DNA of 64,000 nucleotides from Haplodiscus bocki (Eukaryota): NCBI GenBank assembly GCA_965655095.1, contig OZ296652.1, positions 68,076,001 to 68,140,000 of the forward strand, read 5' to 3'. Shown piece by piece: positions 12,901 to 27,200 of this stretch (position 1 is its first letter; each line of letters starts with the position of its first letter). The notes under the pieces were generated by a model. It saw only the letters and a program-made list of their open reading frames with translations, ran no database searches and was not told where the DNA came from. The position numbers and the translations under genes were made by a program.

Positions 12901-15126
12901 AAACACAGCCAGAAGCCTTGTATTTCTTGAGGCTAGATTTCCATATGGATGGAGACAACTTTGTAGTATACCTGTGGCACTACGAAGGAAAGTGCCAACA
13001 AAAAACCCAAAAAGTGTCTTTGTTTTTCGTAGCCTCAGTATTTCAACAGTCGGGAGACATCTCGCCTTTCACAATGTAAATGCAGATTCTTTTGAAGACT
13101 TAATGGTTGAAGCACGGTCAACATTGGGACAAGGAAATAGCTGAAGAAGAATAAAACGAATTTCTCAACTGGACAAATGAGCCAAAAGAGCTCGAGGATT
13201 TGCAACTGAACCAGAACTACTCCAGCAGTAAAATGGAATCGGCGGCAATGCACATTTTCATTAGGCCTCAAAAGAGGCAAACTGTACGGTTGCTTACTTC
13301 AGTGCAGAAATCGAAAGTGGTGTTCAACTTTGTTTCGTGGTCGGCAAGGTCGAATTTCACAACAGAAAATTCTGAAAACGGAGCTTCAGGCTGCGTTATA
13401 CGCTGTTCGACTTAGCCAGATTAATATTGAGCGTCATGATATTACCGTTGCGAAGGATTATCATCGGACACACTCGTTCACTGTGTTGCCAAGGGTACAT
13501 TCAGCTCACAAGATGCAACAAATGCTCGTGGTTAATCGAATTGGAGAAAGGCTTGATTGTTCAAACATCAACGAATGGAGACATGCCAAGGGCACAGAAA
13601 ATCCACGTGATACTGGTACTCATGGGATGACAGTTTTCAGCTGATTGTCAGTAAATAGTTGACTGCGGGCAAGGTTTGGCCAAATGCAAGATATGTGGCC
13701 TGAGCATATCAAGCTGGGTGAGGAGACTGACGTATAAGAATCAGTCTGCCTCACTCAAGCGCAGCAGTCTGTTAGTCTTTGGTCGGGGATAAATAGTTAT
13801 TGAAAGTTGCTCAACATTCCTGCGTATTGTTTGCGAATGAAGCACAAGGGGCCAATCAAAGCTAAGGATAAGGAAAAGTCACAGATTCTTTTTTTCAGCA
13901 TGGCTACTCTGGTCGATCGTCTGAGATGATCAAAGCTGAACGTACAGACGAACAAATCAAGGTTACTGTTGGTCACGAATTCTCTGGTGGCACTGCTTTT
14001 GAGGCAAGCATTTGTGGACAGTCATCACATTTGTACTCAGTATCTTCGAAGTATTCTTCAGCACAAATACTGAACAACGCGTGTGAGGAATGCTCTGCGG
14101 GGTATCAAACATCAATTTTTCCCACGGACAAATGCTTTGGCGCAACCATTTACTTCCGAAAAAGCTGATTTTCCAAAACAGTGCTTAAATGATAGTAAAT
14201 ACTTTTCCAAAATAGTGGAGTTGATTAAATTGGTCCTTACGGCGTTGAGTTTTTGTGGAAAACCGTTAAACGTTGGTGTTGTTTATTCACTTGTTTGACT
14301 TTACAAATTGTTCAAGTCGAACTGGCTAACCATCTGAGTACTGATGCATGCGTGGTGGCGGTAACGCGATTGTTTCATGGCTGGATGAGGCAGGCCTCAC
14401 CCAGACATCTGTGGCAGCAGCAACCACTCCGTAGGTTCTGCTGTTATTTTTAAAGAGTTGGCAGAGGATTGGATTCAAACAACCAATTATGTCAGTACGG
14501 CGCATCATTGTGTGAACTGGAAGTTCAATCCTTCAGGTACTTTTCAATTTCGTGGCGCGTGGGAAAGACTTGTTCGCAGTTGTAAGAGGGCGATGTTTTC
14601 AATTTTGAGCTCAAGAGGCTCGGCACCGCCCTTTCTGACTTCTATATAGTTTTTGGTGGAACAAAATTTCCATGGACGGTCACTTGTTTCTGTCTGCAAT
14701 GATCGCGAGGATCTGGAATTTTTGAAGCCGAATCAATTCCTCCTCGATCTCAGTTGTGGCACAACCATTTTTACCTGTAGCGACCAAATACGTCAATTGC
14801 CGAAAAAAATACAAAGTAGCTGAAAGCTACAATGAGATGATCTGGAGGCGCTAGACTGAAGAGTATCTACCTCAGCATAACTTGCACTCCGCATGGTTGA
14901 AATGAGTTGGTCTTGATCTCCTTGTTGGGGATTTAATGTTGGTTGTTGCTGAATCGGTCCAGAAAACATTCTTTCAAATGACATTAGTTTTTCGAAAGCA
15001 TCCTGGATCCAACGACTTTGTTTTATCGTCTGAGATCAAAACTTCAACTGAAGAAGTCCAAAAACCATTGGCGAAACTGGCGGTTGTAATTTGCTGAGGT
15101 TTTTTGACTAAATTTGGGGCCGGCGA
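9950..15126 (+). mobile_element. Decayed Bel/Pao LTR retrotransposon (gag to integrase), many stops and frameshifts
   Basis: Gag Cys-His cluster LCFRCLKTGQLPSPC (~11255). RT motifs PVTNPKKPEKLRCV, LNDKIIAG, DVEAMFRQVKV and YTRHVFG. Integrase motifs KRWCCLFTCLT..VQVEL and WKFNP..FRGAWERLVRSCKR. Terminal KPLAKLAVV, then a PPT-like ggggccggcga at 15116-15126. LTRs were not resolved. Confidence 0.9.
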
Positions 15127-16744
15127 TTTTGGCGCCACCACAAATACTTCAACATAAACAAAAAGTATGTGATAATTTCTTTGATATTTCAAAATCTAAA
15201 GGGACATTTAAAAAAATGTAGGCTTCCACAGCTCAGGAAAAAGAAGTTTTGTGAGGCTTTGTATTGCAAAGCAAGAAACCTTCATTCCCAAAAAGTAGTC
15301 AATTGTCAAAAAAACTTTTCCTGACAACCTTATTTTGGACACCTTCAATCGAAGTTAAGTATCAAGCAATGTAACCACCCCAACCACAGCTCCCAATTTT
15401 CGTGCAAACACGCATTGTGAGAGGTTTCTGAAGTTCTCCTGTATTCTTCGGTTTGCGTTGTTTCAAGACATCGAGCTTGTATTGCGAAGTTACTGCTAAA
15501 GACATGAACTAACGGGAGATCGTTTGCATGAGGTTGATAACATGTTTTTCATATCACGCTGGCTGCAGGCTCGTTGCTCTAGTTTCCTATAGTTTTTGCT
15601 AATCCGAGCTACTTTTTTCATCATCCCAATTTGGTCTCCCTTGAAGCACGCGGGCGATAGACAAACGGCGCAACCGTCAGAGTCTTTGACAGATTTTTTT
15701 GCATTGACGTATCTTTTTTTCGTTTTTGTAACATTTCTTGGATGTTTAAAAACCACAGAAAGTAGCAAAAACTCTGAAGTCGAATTTCTGTATTTCAACT
15801 AAAGCAATTTTTGTTCCCAATACGAGAACCGAGCTTATTACTTGTGAACGCAGTAGTGCTTTACGCTGTTCAAGTCTCGGAATACAAAATGTAGCAACAG
15901 TTTTTTCATAATGAGACTCAATTTTTCAAAAAAAAATTCATAGAACAATTTCATGATTTCATTGGCATGATAAAGTTTGCTATTGAAAAATTTTTTTATT
16001 TTCACAAGGAGTACCGAAATGAAACCACCTGTTTTTGCGAAGAAACAAATTGCTTTGTAAAAGAAAGAATTTCCCCAATAATTCCAATATATAGTATAGT
16101 ATAATTTAGTTTGTTTCAAGGACATATGAGGATCAACTTTTATGAAGAACTTACCAGATTTTTTTCACCTTTGCTCACATTGTAGTTGTACATATCTCCC
16201 TAAAATTGGTCGTTTTGAAATGGACAAAGGGCGTTTGCTCAAAACGATTGGCGCCAAAGTAAAATTTATTAACTGTGAATTACAACTAACTCCGAATGTC
16301 GGTAATTATAAAAATCAAACTTCGTAACTAAATTTTGTATTGTTTGCTTTTCTTATCTCATGTCTAACTTGGAATGTTTAGGCATTGAACAATTTCCTTC
16401 CAGAATACATGCAATGTTTTTCTTAAGACTAACCTCGTGAAAACAGGACTTTTCATCAGATATTACAGTTCGAAAGACAAAAACTATTGATGCAATCAAT
16501 CACAACAAAAAATGAATGTTCCTGGGCCTAGTCGAACTCTACTTCATAGCATTTCTCCCGTTTCAAGCAAAAAAAGACATGGATGACATGATCGAGGACA
16601 GGATCCAATGAGGTGTCGTTTGAGAATAAGAGAACTCGATTATAGATTATTGACAAGATCAGCCAGTAGGCTAATTCATAAAAGTGTTCAAATAATTTTC
16701 CTTTTCGAATCTTAACTGCCTGCGAATTGCTTGATATTGTTCAT

Positions 16745-17170
16745 GAATCAAGGCGGGAAAGTCGAAGTTCTGTCCACCAACATATGAAACAGGCGATATT
16801 CGGTACTGGGATTCAAACAGAGAAAACATGTGAGGATAAGTGGGGAATTTTCATTGTTTCAGATTTTTGTGGATCACATGTTGGTTTGATTTGAGTCTTT
16901 TAACAATCTTGGAAAGTAGGCGGTTTTTCATTGGACAATTTACCATGGACCTGTTACTAGATGGGTGGTCTTGGTTAAGCATTAAGAATTGTATCTTTGT
17001 CATCGGAAAACTCAACATTCTGCGAGAAACGCAACTGTGAATTGAAGTTCTTGAAGTCGAAACTAGTTTTGACGCTGAGAAGGAAGCTGCAAATGGCCTG
17101 AAAGGGAGTACGGTATTCTTTTTCAAATGGGTACAACTCAACGAATTTATTGCAGTTTTTCTGAACATCT
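16745..17170 (-). repeat. Dispersed repeat, homologue of 8890-9310
   Basis: Nucleotide and decayed-peptide similarity to 8890-9310. Confidence 0.8.
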
Positions 17171-19899
17171 TTTTGTGATCCCACTTGGTTATTTGTTTAG
17201 CCTCAAGTAATGAAAAACCTTTATGATGTAGTCGTTTATCGTAACTGTGTCAATATTTCTGCATAGGTTTTTGTTACCAAAAAGTTTTTCAAGTTAATGT
17301 GATTTTGAGCTCTTCTTCGTCAATTTTAAATGTTATACTTGCGAAAAATCTTGCAAAAGAATCAATTTTGGAACCGGCTTTAGGTGAGATAATTATCGTC
17401 TGTTTGGCTCCTGTCACACAATACAAATCTTTTCGACAAGTGTATAGCAAGAGAAAATTGAAAATGGAACAGATTCCACCTAGTTTGAAATTTCTACTTC
17501 GTTTTTAGTTCTTATTCTGAGAGATGAGCTCCGAAAGTGCCGACACTCTCCATTGGCGTAACGAAGACAGTTCAGTTTTTCATCTAGTTGTTCCTAGTTC
17601 AAGCTACACCTTTTTCCTTCCAGATTGTTTGTCAACAGAACTCGATAATGCAAATATTTTCGTTTCTCTGCGGATTTTCTGTCATAAATGATTACATTGG
17701 GCACTTAAATCTAGAAACGACCAAGCTTCTGAAAAACGATAACAAGGAGGCTCCATCTTTTTGTACTTATTTGGCTCGAAAAATGATGCAATTTTTTTGT
17801 TAACCAAACAGACTTTCAGATTGGCATTTACTGTTCATTTGATTGTTCTGTTAAGACGGCTTTCGCTCTGGAGCAAAAGCAACACTTCAAGTTAACTTAC
17901 ACTAGGTTTTTGTTGCAGTCAGCGAATTGCAAAGAATTTTATCAAAAAGAACGTCCGGTTTTTCGAACTCAAATTTCTCAAGAGCAACGAAATTGAGCTC
18001 TTTCATCAAAAACTCCAGCAACACTTTTTGACTAAATGACAATATTCCATAGGAAAAATCTTGATCTTTGCCTTGGATTCCTGTTGGCCAAAAAAACCAA
18101 AGACTTTTAATGTTTTTGATTCTTCTATAAGTTCAAGCTTTTTCCCCCAAGACTTTTGGCTGCACTTCTTCAGCCAATTGTTCAATCAAAAGTTTTTGAT
18201 ACTTTGAATGTCTTCCAATGAAATATATTTGGTTTTGCGTATCAATAGGATGTCCTTGGAAGGCCGAAATTGCCAAAAAATGAACTGTTGTGGTTGTTTT
18301 AACGATATCTAAATTCACGGTTTTTCACATTTCTGCGATATAGCATTGGTAGCACTATTCAATTGCATTTTTATCATGAACTGTTTAGAATCAAAAAACA
18401 GGCACAAGTGGTTCAAATAAGAAAAAAGACCATTCAAAATTCATGACGACTTCTCAATCGAAAACCACCAACTGTTCGCTCAATTATTTCTAAAAACATT
18501 TCATGGCAAGTAATTCATTGCAGCAGCGCTTCTGCTTTTTGTTGGACTCCGCCAAACGTCCCTTTAGGTCGTCCTTCCGCAGGTTTTTCACAACAAGATC
18601 TCTGTTTTGCAGAAGTCATGTTTGTTTTACTTTTGTTACTGCAGGAATTGTTCTTCAGAACTTCGCTTCAGGCTCAATGGAATTAAACTTGGTCTAATCA
18701 AGCGCCACCTACACAATAAAAAACTTATCACAAGCTCACAAAGTAACCCACAGTTAACTGTGTTTGTTTTGATAAACTTAAGCCATAGTTTCAGATACTA
18801 TAAATGCAACCTATCGATGAAATGACATCAACGACAGCAATTGATGGTAACTATCGTGGAACAAAACGTACTGGCCAGGTCTGCGTTGCAACTATTGCAC
18901 TGCATCGACGTCGGCGTGGCAGACCAGTAAAACCTCGAAGAATTCTTTCACCCCATCTTTTCTCCGTGTCGTCTTTGCAGCGGAAGCAGCCGAATGTCTG
19001 AAGATGGCAGGTGATGTTGCTGTAAAATTGATGGACCTCCTGCAAGCAGCTAGTCTCCAGTCATACGGCCGCCGTGAACATTTAGGAACTTTGGTGTGCC
19101 CAAACTTGAAGCCGGAGATTCACGCGGAGAGATGAGAAAAGCTGCGGCGAATGTTAGAAGCAGCATATCTGCAGAAGACATTAGCATGGATTGTCGGTTG
19201 CTATCCCGGAAAACTGATCCATGACATTTCATAAAAATTTTTATCCGCCGGGAAACCAGTTCTCAGACCATGGTCAGAACGGAAGCACTGAAGTTGGAAG
19301 ACGGTTTGGAAGCGGTTGATACTTTTGTGCACGATGGCATTAGTCTCTTGCCAGCGAAAACCTTGCAAGCTTCAAAAAAAAACAAACTTGGTGTAGAAGG
19401 AGTAATATCACTCAAAAAAAATTAAAGGCAATTTTGGCTCAAAACGAGAAAGTGTCTTTATTTTTTCTTGCAAGTTATGAAACTGAGATCCTCTGCATAA
19501 TCTAACGCTTTTGATATTTTGATTCCACATTCCCAAATTTTCGCCCAGAACATTCATGTAGTAAACAAATTGCAAGTAAAAACAGAGTACAATATGAAAA
19601 AAACACCTAGTTCAGAAATCTGGATACTTGGTCGTTGAACAAAATTTTGGAAAAATATGTTTGATAGTTACTACATTTGGTAACGAGCTGTCGATTATGT
19701 TCTTCAGTGAAATTTGGTTAAAAATGAAGACCCGATCGAATTGCTCCTCGTCACTAATTACATTCAATTGTTATCTTCTCGACAGCATTGTCCAAAGGCC
19801 GAGCTGCGTTCTGTTTTGGATCTGACCCCTCGTACCAACTATTGGAAGCGTCCATCGCATTATTATATGGAGCTACTCAAATAAGAAGCAACAACAAGC

Positions 19900-20600
19900 G
19901 GAAACATTGAAAATTTTTGTCTCCGCAACTCATGTTTTTATGAAAACACTACTTTCCAGTTGGACAAGGATACAATACTGCAGGAAACCAGTGGTGTTGG
20001 ATAGCCCTGTTTCCTCCCAAGAGGCATAAATCTTTACATTTTTAAACGATCTGCAATAAGAGAGAACTAAAAGGATATCAAAAAACAAAGTGGACGCTTG
20101 CAAGACCTTTTGAATCCAACAAGTATCGCGGTAAATTCAACAAAAGTCTTTGATCATAAAATACACAACGATTTTGAAGACAAAACATTATAAAACATAC
20201 AATCGAATATGACCGATCAATATTTTTGTTAATCGGAGTCCGCATTCCCTGGAACGAATACTAAAGAAATAGGAAGGGTCACGAAAACTTTCAATATAAG
20301 AACCGAAGGAGAATAATATCAATCCTGACAAGCCCTCAAGCTGAGTTCAGCAAAAAGATCTCCACGTTCCACATCAATGCGGCTCTGTTATCTTTGATCA
20401 AATATATCGAAACAGTGCAGGAATCAAAAACAACTGTGACGAGTATGGAAAAAATGATAAGTTTGACAAATCACAGATTAGCCTGTTTACCAGAAAGTAG
20501 AGTAAACATGATAACGTCAGCAAGTTTCTAACAATTTTTAGCAAAACTCCAAATACGAAACATCGTAATCAATTTACAACCAAGATGCAAGCTGAACAAA
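19900..20600 (+). mobile_element. Probable Penelope-like retroelement remnant (RT C-terminal half to GIY-YIG region)
   Basis: Frameshifted peptides ENTTFQLDKDTILQ/VVLDSPVSSQEA*IF resemble the PLE RT motif YFQF..Y.Q..G..MGSP.S...ANIF. FPGTNTKEIGRVTKTFNIRT resembles the linker and FHIN...YIETV resembles GIY-YIG. Confidence 0.45.
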
Positions 20601-21975
20601 AATAGGCTGCGTAGTGGAAGATTTGAGAAAACAATAAGTAACCCAATCCGAATTGTCAAAAGCTAAAGAATGTTTCCATTGAACGTGTTCAGCGCGTGGC
20701 CATTGTTTTGTCAAAGATTGATGAACCACTCATCCTCTTACTGGTAGATTTAGCAGAATGATTCAATGAATTCATTGTAAGTATTGAAAAAAACGTCGGA
20801 AAGAACTGTAATATGACCTAAAAACAGCACCAGATTTCGAAGCGAAAATTAGTTCTGAACTTTTATAAGACGTCACTGCAGGCGAGTTCTATCCAAAAAA
20901 TGATGGAACTGGCAGAAGAAACGCAACAGAACTTACAACAAATCCGCTAGTAAAATCGGGCTTCCTTCATTGGTACTTATGCTTTACGTAACTCAATTAT
21001 ACTTTAATCCTTCTCAACTGGCACCTTGCCTGCTTGATTTAGATTGACTCGTTTAACACTTGTTTTCAGGCGCGGAACTAAAACATGCCTTAGAAAAAAT
21101 GACCTACCTCTTTTCTCACAGTCTTGGGTAGAGTTTTCAAAGAAGTCTCTTGAAAGGTCAATGACCTTTTAGATGAAAACAAATTGTTCAGCATGACAAG
21201 ATGTTGGTTTATTCAAAGATATCAAATATAGAGGCTTTTGCTGAATTTTCGGAGAACCATCGACATTCAAGTGAAGCTATGGAACAAAATGTTGGTATTT
21301 GAGATTTGAAGAAGGCGTTCGGCACAACAAATCACCTACGTTTGCCTGAAATCTTGAAACTTTGTGATGTCAGAGAAATTGCATCGACATAGCTGAAGTG
21401 TTATCTGCAATATTGACGTCAGCGTGTTGATGTTGATAGCAACAGGTCCAATCTCAGTAAAAATATTGGTTGTGTTCCACAGGACTCCTTTTTCAGGCCT
21501 CCGTTGTTTATCACGTGAAATGATGATCTTCTCAGTTTGCACTGTGTTCTTTAACAGCATCCTTTCGCTGAACAAGAATTTTTGTTGATACAAAAGCCCA
21601 TTTAGATGAGGTTTTTATTACGGAATCTTGGGCTAAACTGAATGTCTTTTTGCTTGAATGTCAACGTACTTTCCCTCAATTGGGGAAATCGCAAGTTAAT
21701 TTTTTTTTCAAAAATTCAAGTGATAACTTCCTAATTATGAATGGACAAACGCTTTTAACATGATAATTTATTAGGTTCTCGGAAATACGTCTTGATGCGC
21801 AGCTGCAATTTAACAGCCAGTTTTTTTCGTTGTTAAAACGATTCGCAAAACTCAATTCTAAATTTTCAGGCTTCGTCATTGTGTTAAAAGGTATCAATGA
21901 AACTTTACTGTTACCTTTCGAAATCTTTAATTCCTTGATGAGTTTTGATATCGAGTATCACCGGAAAAACCCTTT

Positions 21976-22423
21976 GTGGGACACCCTGAGAAGTACCTTG
22001 GGAAAATAAAAAAAACGTCAAGGAAAATGATGACCTCACGATTGCCCATAAGTTTTTAATGAAGTGATATGTCAGAAATCTGCTTTGTTGAGTTCGACAG
22101 CTTTCGCAAAGCCACTTTTGGGTTTCGACAGTGGGTATATTTTAACCAAAGAGCTATCCGTCGGGTTTTGACGGATGAGCCGAAGAAAACCGTAATCTTA
22201 CCAGATAACGGTGAGTTTCGCCTAATACTACTTGCTGATAAGGGGTATAGAAGGCGAATGTGGAACCGGCCATTTGCTTTGCTCCGACTTCTTCAAATTT
22301 CCTTCTAAAACGCTACCTCTCTTCTAAAAATAAACAAATCCTACTCATTTCTCAACTTTGATATATTTTCTCAGGAAATTCTCCTCAAAATACTTTTTTA
22401 TGCCAACTCATCCGAAACACTAG
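21976..22423 (+). repeat. 5' LTR (approximate), followed by a PBS-like tggtgacaacgg at 22426
   Basis: 22060-22385 aligns with 31561-31880 (gagttcgacagcttt.gcaaagc.act.ttgggtttcgaca, cgtaatcttaccagataacg, ggccatttgctttg, ttctcaactttgat), roughly 75% identical by eye. Confidence 0.8.
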
Positions 22424-23198
22424 AGTGGTGACAACGGTCATTAAAATCATCTTTCATCCAATTTTCATCTCCTTTGCAATTCACATTTTGCATGTGAAAC
22501 CAATCAAGAGAGTCCTTCGGTAACCGAAATTCTTGAAAAATTTCTTGTCAACTTCGTCATTTGCAAAAAAAACCTGAAAACGGCTTAGAGGTGCCAAATA
22601 TTCTCAGACCCAGAAGAACTAGTACCTGGAGATTGATAACGTAAGTTTCGACATAAACAGTATCTCAAATCAAAAAATTCACAAATTTGGAGTAGATAAC
22701 CCTTCCTGTACAAAAAACTTTCGATTCATAGCCATACATGTCTGACACACGTAAAACTTGCTGAAAAAAGGTGAAATTCAACAAAACTAGAGGGGTCGGG
22801 TAAAATCATGCTGAATCTCTCTTCTACTTAGCTAAAACCTTCATCTTTTGTTTTCCACTACCGAAGTTAGTTTGATAGCAATGTGAACGCTTTCCGAGCC
22901 ACTAGTGAAACTTACAGTTGAAATTAGGTGAGATTCGAGTTCAATAATTTTTTTTTATATAGCCCGCAGACGCTCAGTGTCCTTGAATGCAATTATGTAA
23001 AATGAAACGACCGTTGAAAAGCAACGGACGTCATGAGAAGAAATAAACAAACATTGCTGAGGATCGTCAAGGAGCCAAACAAGTAAGAGAACTCACGGGA
23101 GATGATTTCCAAAAGCCGCTTTTTTAACAACGAACACAAAACTGTTTAAACGACAAGCAGTTTCTAATAGAGTAGTTTGGCGTCATGTTAGTAGAACT

Positions 23199-24190
23199 AT
23201 GGCTACGGGTACTTCCGAGTTGTTGTTACCGGGACAATTCAAAGGCTCTATTGACATTGAAAGCTACATAACACATTTGAATTTTGTAGCGCAGCTCCAA
23301 AAGCGGAGTAGCACTGAAACGAATGATGGAAATCAAGTCGAAAAAGATGAACATCCGCAATTTGGCACTTCGACTCCAGAAACCAGCAAGTTTTTTTCTA
23401 CCCCACTTCAACAGACACGCAAAAAGCGAGTTATGGCGCAACAGTCCAATCTTTCAAAACACAAAATACTGAGAAACCAATCGTGTTCTGTGGACGGAAG
23501 AATGCAAAATCCGGGGGAAAAATTGATGAAGTTTTTGGGAGATTTGCAGTTTTTGGCTATGAAAGCTTACCTGGAGGCTTCAAATGAGATTCGATATTTT
23601 TTGGTTGTGCGTGGGTTTTTGAACGGAATCCATAACAGTCAAAATAGACTGCTTTTGAGAAAAAGCCTCGTAGACGCAGAGTTTATAATCGAATCAGTTC
23701 AGAAAAACTAGTACATCTTCAACACGTCACAAGAATTGAGAAAGAAGAAAGAGAACCCAAAGTCGCAGTTCTTCAACCCGAGAAGACAGAGAAAGTGATT
23801 AACTCTGTAAATAACAATCTTGAATCTTTGTTTCCCTCACGGGATTCGCGAAGTGACAACTGAGGTTTGTTCCGAGAAAAAACAATGTTTTAAGAAGGAG
23901 CAGCTGAACGGAAAGTAACAAAAGCAGAAAACGGTGATCGGAGCTGAGAAAAAAGAGGGCGTACCGGTTACAGGGGACGCAGATACAGAACCCCAACTCC
24001 CGGCACATCCACAGAAAGTGGCAAACGGTCGCAATATTTAGGGCAGTTTTCTGAATCTGAATAAAGAAATGGGATTTCAAAGTGATGGCTGCCGGAACTG
24101 CAGTCAACATGGTTATGGGGCGAGAAAGTGCAAAAAATGTTTCAAGTGTAGAGTTTTTCAACATTTCAAGAAAGATTAGCCTTCTTTGAA
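23199..24190 (+). pseudogene. gag: Gypsy gag (decayed), with two zinc knuckles
   Basis: Capsid-like motifs PGQFKGSIDIESYITH and RMQNPGEKLMKFLGDLQFLAMKAY..GFLNGI. GCRNCSQHGYGARKC-KKCFKCRVFQHFKKD at ~24088-24178. Confidence 0.85.
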
Positions 24191-24299
24191 CTGAGGAAGG
24201 CTATTGTGGCGGTGGCTTTACATTTGGCGACGACTAATAAGGCCATGGTAGGAATGACGAGCGAAACGAAGTCAACGACAACGCAAGCATTAAATGCGA

Positions 24300-27200
24300 C
24301 GCTGCTGATATAAGGCAAATTGGGTTTTGCGTTGGCAGATAGCGAAAGCAGTGTATCATTTTTTAGCTAGAACATCTTGCAATCTTTGGGAATCAGCGCT
24401 GCATTGGAAGTCTACAGGAGAAACTTTGTAACAGCGAACAGTACCTTAATGCCTTTAAAAAGAAAAGCAACGCTCATAGTTCAACTTGAAAAATTTGCAC
24501 GCAAGTCTCGTGTTGTTTCTTCACTATCGACAGTAGACACATTACATTGTCTGTTGGAATTGGATTTTTAGACCGAAAATGATTGCATTTTGTATGTCAT
24601 GGAAAAGAAAGTTCTTTGTGGCAATATACGCCAAACGTTACCAATAAATCCAACACCAACTACCAATGAGTCAACATACCTGATATTAGGCTCAACACAA
24701 GCAGTTTCATCAGGGAGCGAAATTTTACTATAATGCGAATTAAGAAGTTGAGACGGTTCGGAGACTCACAGTTACGGACAAATGGCAACTCCAGTTGATT
24801 CTTTCCAAGAGTCAGGAGGGTTATGGGTAGCACAAGCCCTGGTTATAGATAACAACGGAAATTGTTTGGGTACGATTTCTAAATATCAGGTAAAGATATT
24901 GCTACATAGGCAAACTCCCGGGTCGCTATCTCTGAAACTATTAAGATTGAGCACCAAACAATTTCTGTACACTTGCAACCGATAGAAAGCGACAAAAAGG
25001 AGAAGTTCAATTTGGACAAGCACGGCAGAATTGATGGCCATCACCTGTTTTTGCCAAGTTTGAATTAAGTTAGGAGCCTATGCAAAACTACGAAAAAATA
25101 TCACCGAATTTTTTCAATAAACAGATGGAGCACCAAATGAAACTGAAACCGGATTCGAAACGTTTTTCGTCGGGGCGTATTCAAACATGTGTTTCAACAA
25201 AAAAGGCAATGAAAAAAATTGTGGCACGACTCGCTGAAGCAGATCTAATTACTCCAACGCATTCCAATTGAGCTGCTCTGAGCATTTTGGTCCCCAAAAA
25301 GTTTGAGAGAAAACGCTGAATTGTAGTCTACCGTGGACTTAAAAACCAAATATGAAAAACATCTTGGCCTATTCCAAATGTTATCGATGTGACCAAACCT
25401 TTGGAAGGGAATAGGTTCTTCCCGAGCATTGATTTAATATCAGGGTTTTTCCAATTGGCTTTCATTGACGATAGCCAAAACTTAACGGTTTTCATTACTC
25501 CCATGAGAAAAAATAAGTGGAAACGAGTAGCGATGGGACTGTCATCTGCACGTGGAGCATTCCAAAAAGTAACAAAACTGGTGTTCAATGGTTTTTCCTA
25601 CAAATTTTCCCCGATAGCTTTGGACGGCATAATTGTCTTCGGGAAAAAGTTTGATGAACATTTACTACGTTTCACGCAGATATTTGCGCTACTCGAAAAA
25701 AACGGTCTCAAGATAAGGAGCTCCAAATGAAAATTTTTCCAGATAAGAACCCTTATTTTGGGGCAAGATGTGAAAAAAAGGAGCGGACGTGGATCAGATG
25801 AAGATGGCAGCCTTAAAAAAACGAAATCACCAAGCAACTAGAAAAAAGTCGGAGCAGTGCCAGTTTTAATTGATTCCTTCAAAAATTAATCCGGATTCCG
25901 GGAAAACATAAGAAAGTTGATATGAATTACTCAAGAAAGCGAAAAAGTTTTTGGACAAAAGAGTGCCAAGATGCAATGCAAGAGTTGAAAGGGAAACTAT
26001 TATCTACGCCCATCCTGGGGCACTCAAACAACGATGAGTACACCTTGACCACAGATGCATCATTGACTGGCATTGGTGCATTTCTTTTCAAAAGCAATAA
26101 GGAGTCGATAGACTTTTTGCATACGCCAGCAAGACTCTGACGAAGAATTAGCGGCACTATTCTGAAACAAAAGATAAGATTTTCGCTCTGGTGCATTTTA
26201 CCAATCGTTTCAAGACTTCCCTACAGGGTCGGAAGTTTGTAATTGCTACAGACCATCAGTCATTGGTGTTGTTATGTAGTTTCAGAAATCCTGAAGGTAT
26301 GATTGAAAAATGGATTGAAAAATTGGGACTGTTCAACTTCGAAACACAACAGAACGCAAGAAAGGACATACATCAAGCAGATTTTCTGTCAGGAGGTAAA
26401 AACGAAGAGAACGGCTTGGCGATGTTTGTAGCCGCTTTAAGAAAAAACGATACAGGAAGTTAAAACAGTACAACTATTTCATGACAAATGTTGCAAGTCA
26501 CTGACCGAAAAAGGATGGAAAAGAAACAAAAACACGATAAAAACTGAACCAAAGCCTATGTTTGCCAAAAACCCGACAGGCGACAACTGACTGGTGCTTC
26601 AAAGGAACTCTGGAAGTTCTGGTGTGATTTTGTGAAAAAACAGGGAAAGTTAACAGCCTTCTCTACAGGAGGACAAAACATGAAAATATGGACAAATTAT
26701 GCATCAATTTGTTGTTGCTGAGACCCAATCTCCACATATACTAACTTTACTCCATGAATCTCCGTAGACGTGACAATTTTGTATCAAAATGATTCATCAC
26801 AGGGCCCACAAGCTTTTTTTGGCCTGGCTGTGATGTGCGTGCGCGACTGGGTTGATAGCTGTGGTAGGTGCCTGAGAAGAAAAGGGAGGCCACAAAAACA
26901 CAGAAACAGTCTAACGAATTGGCAGTTTGGTCACTTTTCTGGCAGGTAATTTTAGATATGATGAAGTCTTTGCCTGTTTCGGAGGATTTTAATTACATTC
27001 TAGTAATTGGTGATTAGTTTAACGAATGGTACGCGGCCGTAGGGATGCCAAATCAAGAGGCACAAGGAGTTGCCTGAGCCTTAGTTGAAATATGGATCAC
27101 TGGGTTTGGCTGCCTTATAAACATCCACAGTGATAAGTGAACAAACAACACGTCTCAAATTTTCAGTAACATTTGTTGGATTCTAGGCATTGGAAAGATT

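Noticed and set aside
15127-15830. Bel/Pao 3' LTR
   Set aside because: It follows a PPT-like tract, but no matching 5' LTR could be seen, so its limits are unsupported.
18800-19320. GC-richer segment as a gene or structured RNA
   Set aside because: It contains only short ORFs and no recognisable motif or RNA fold.
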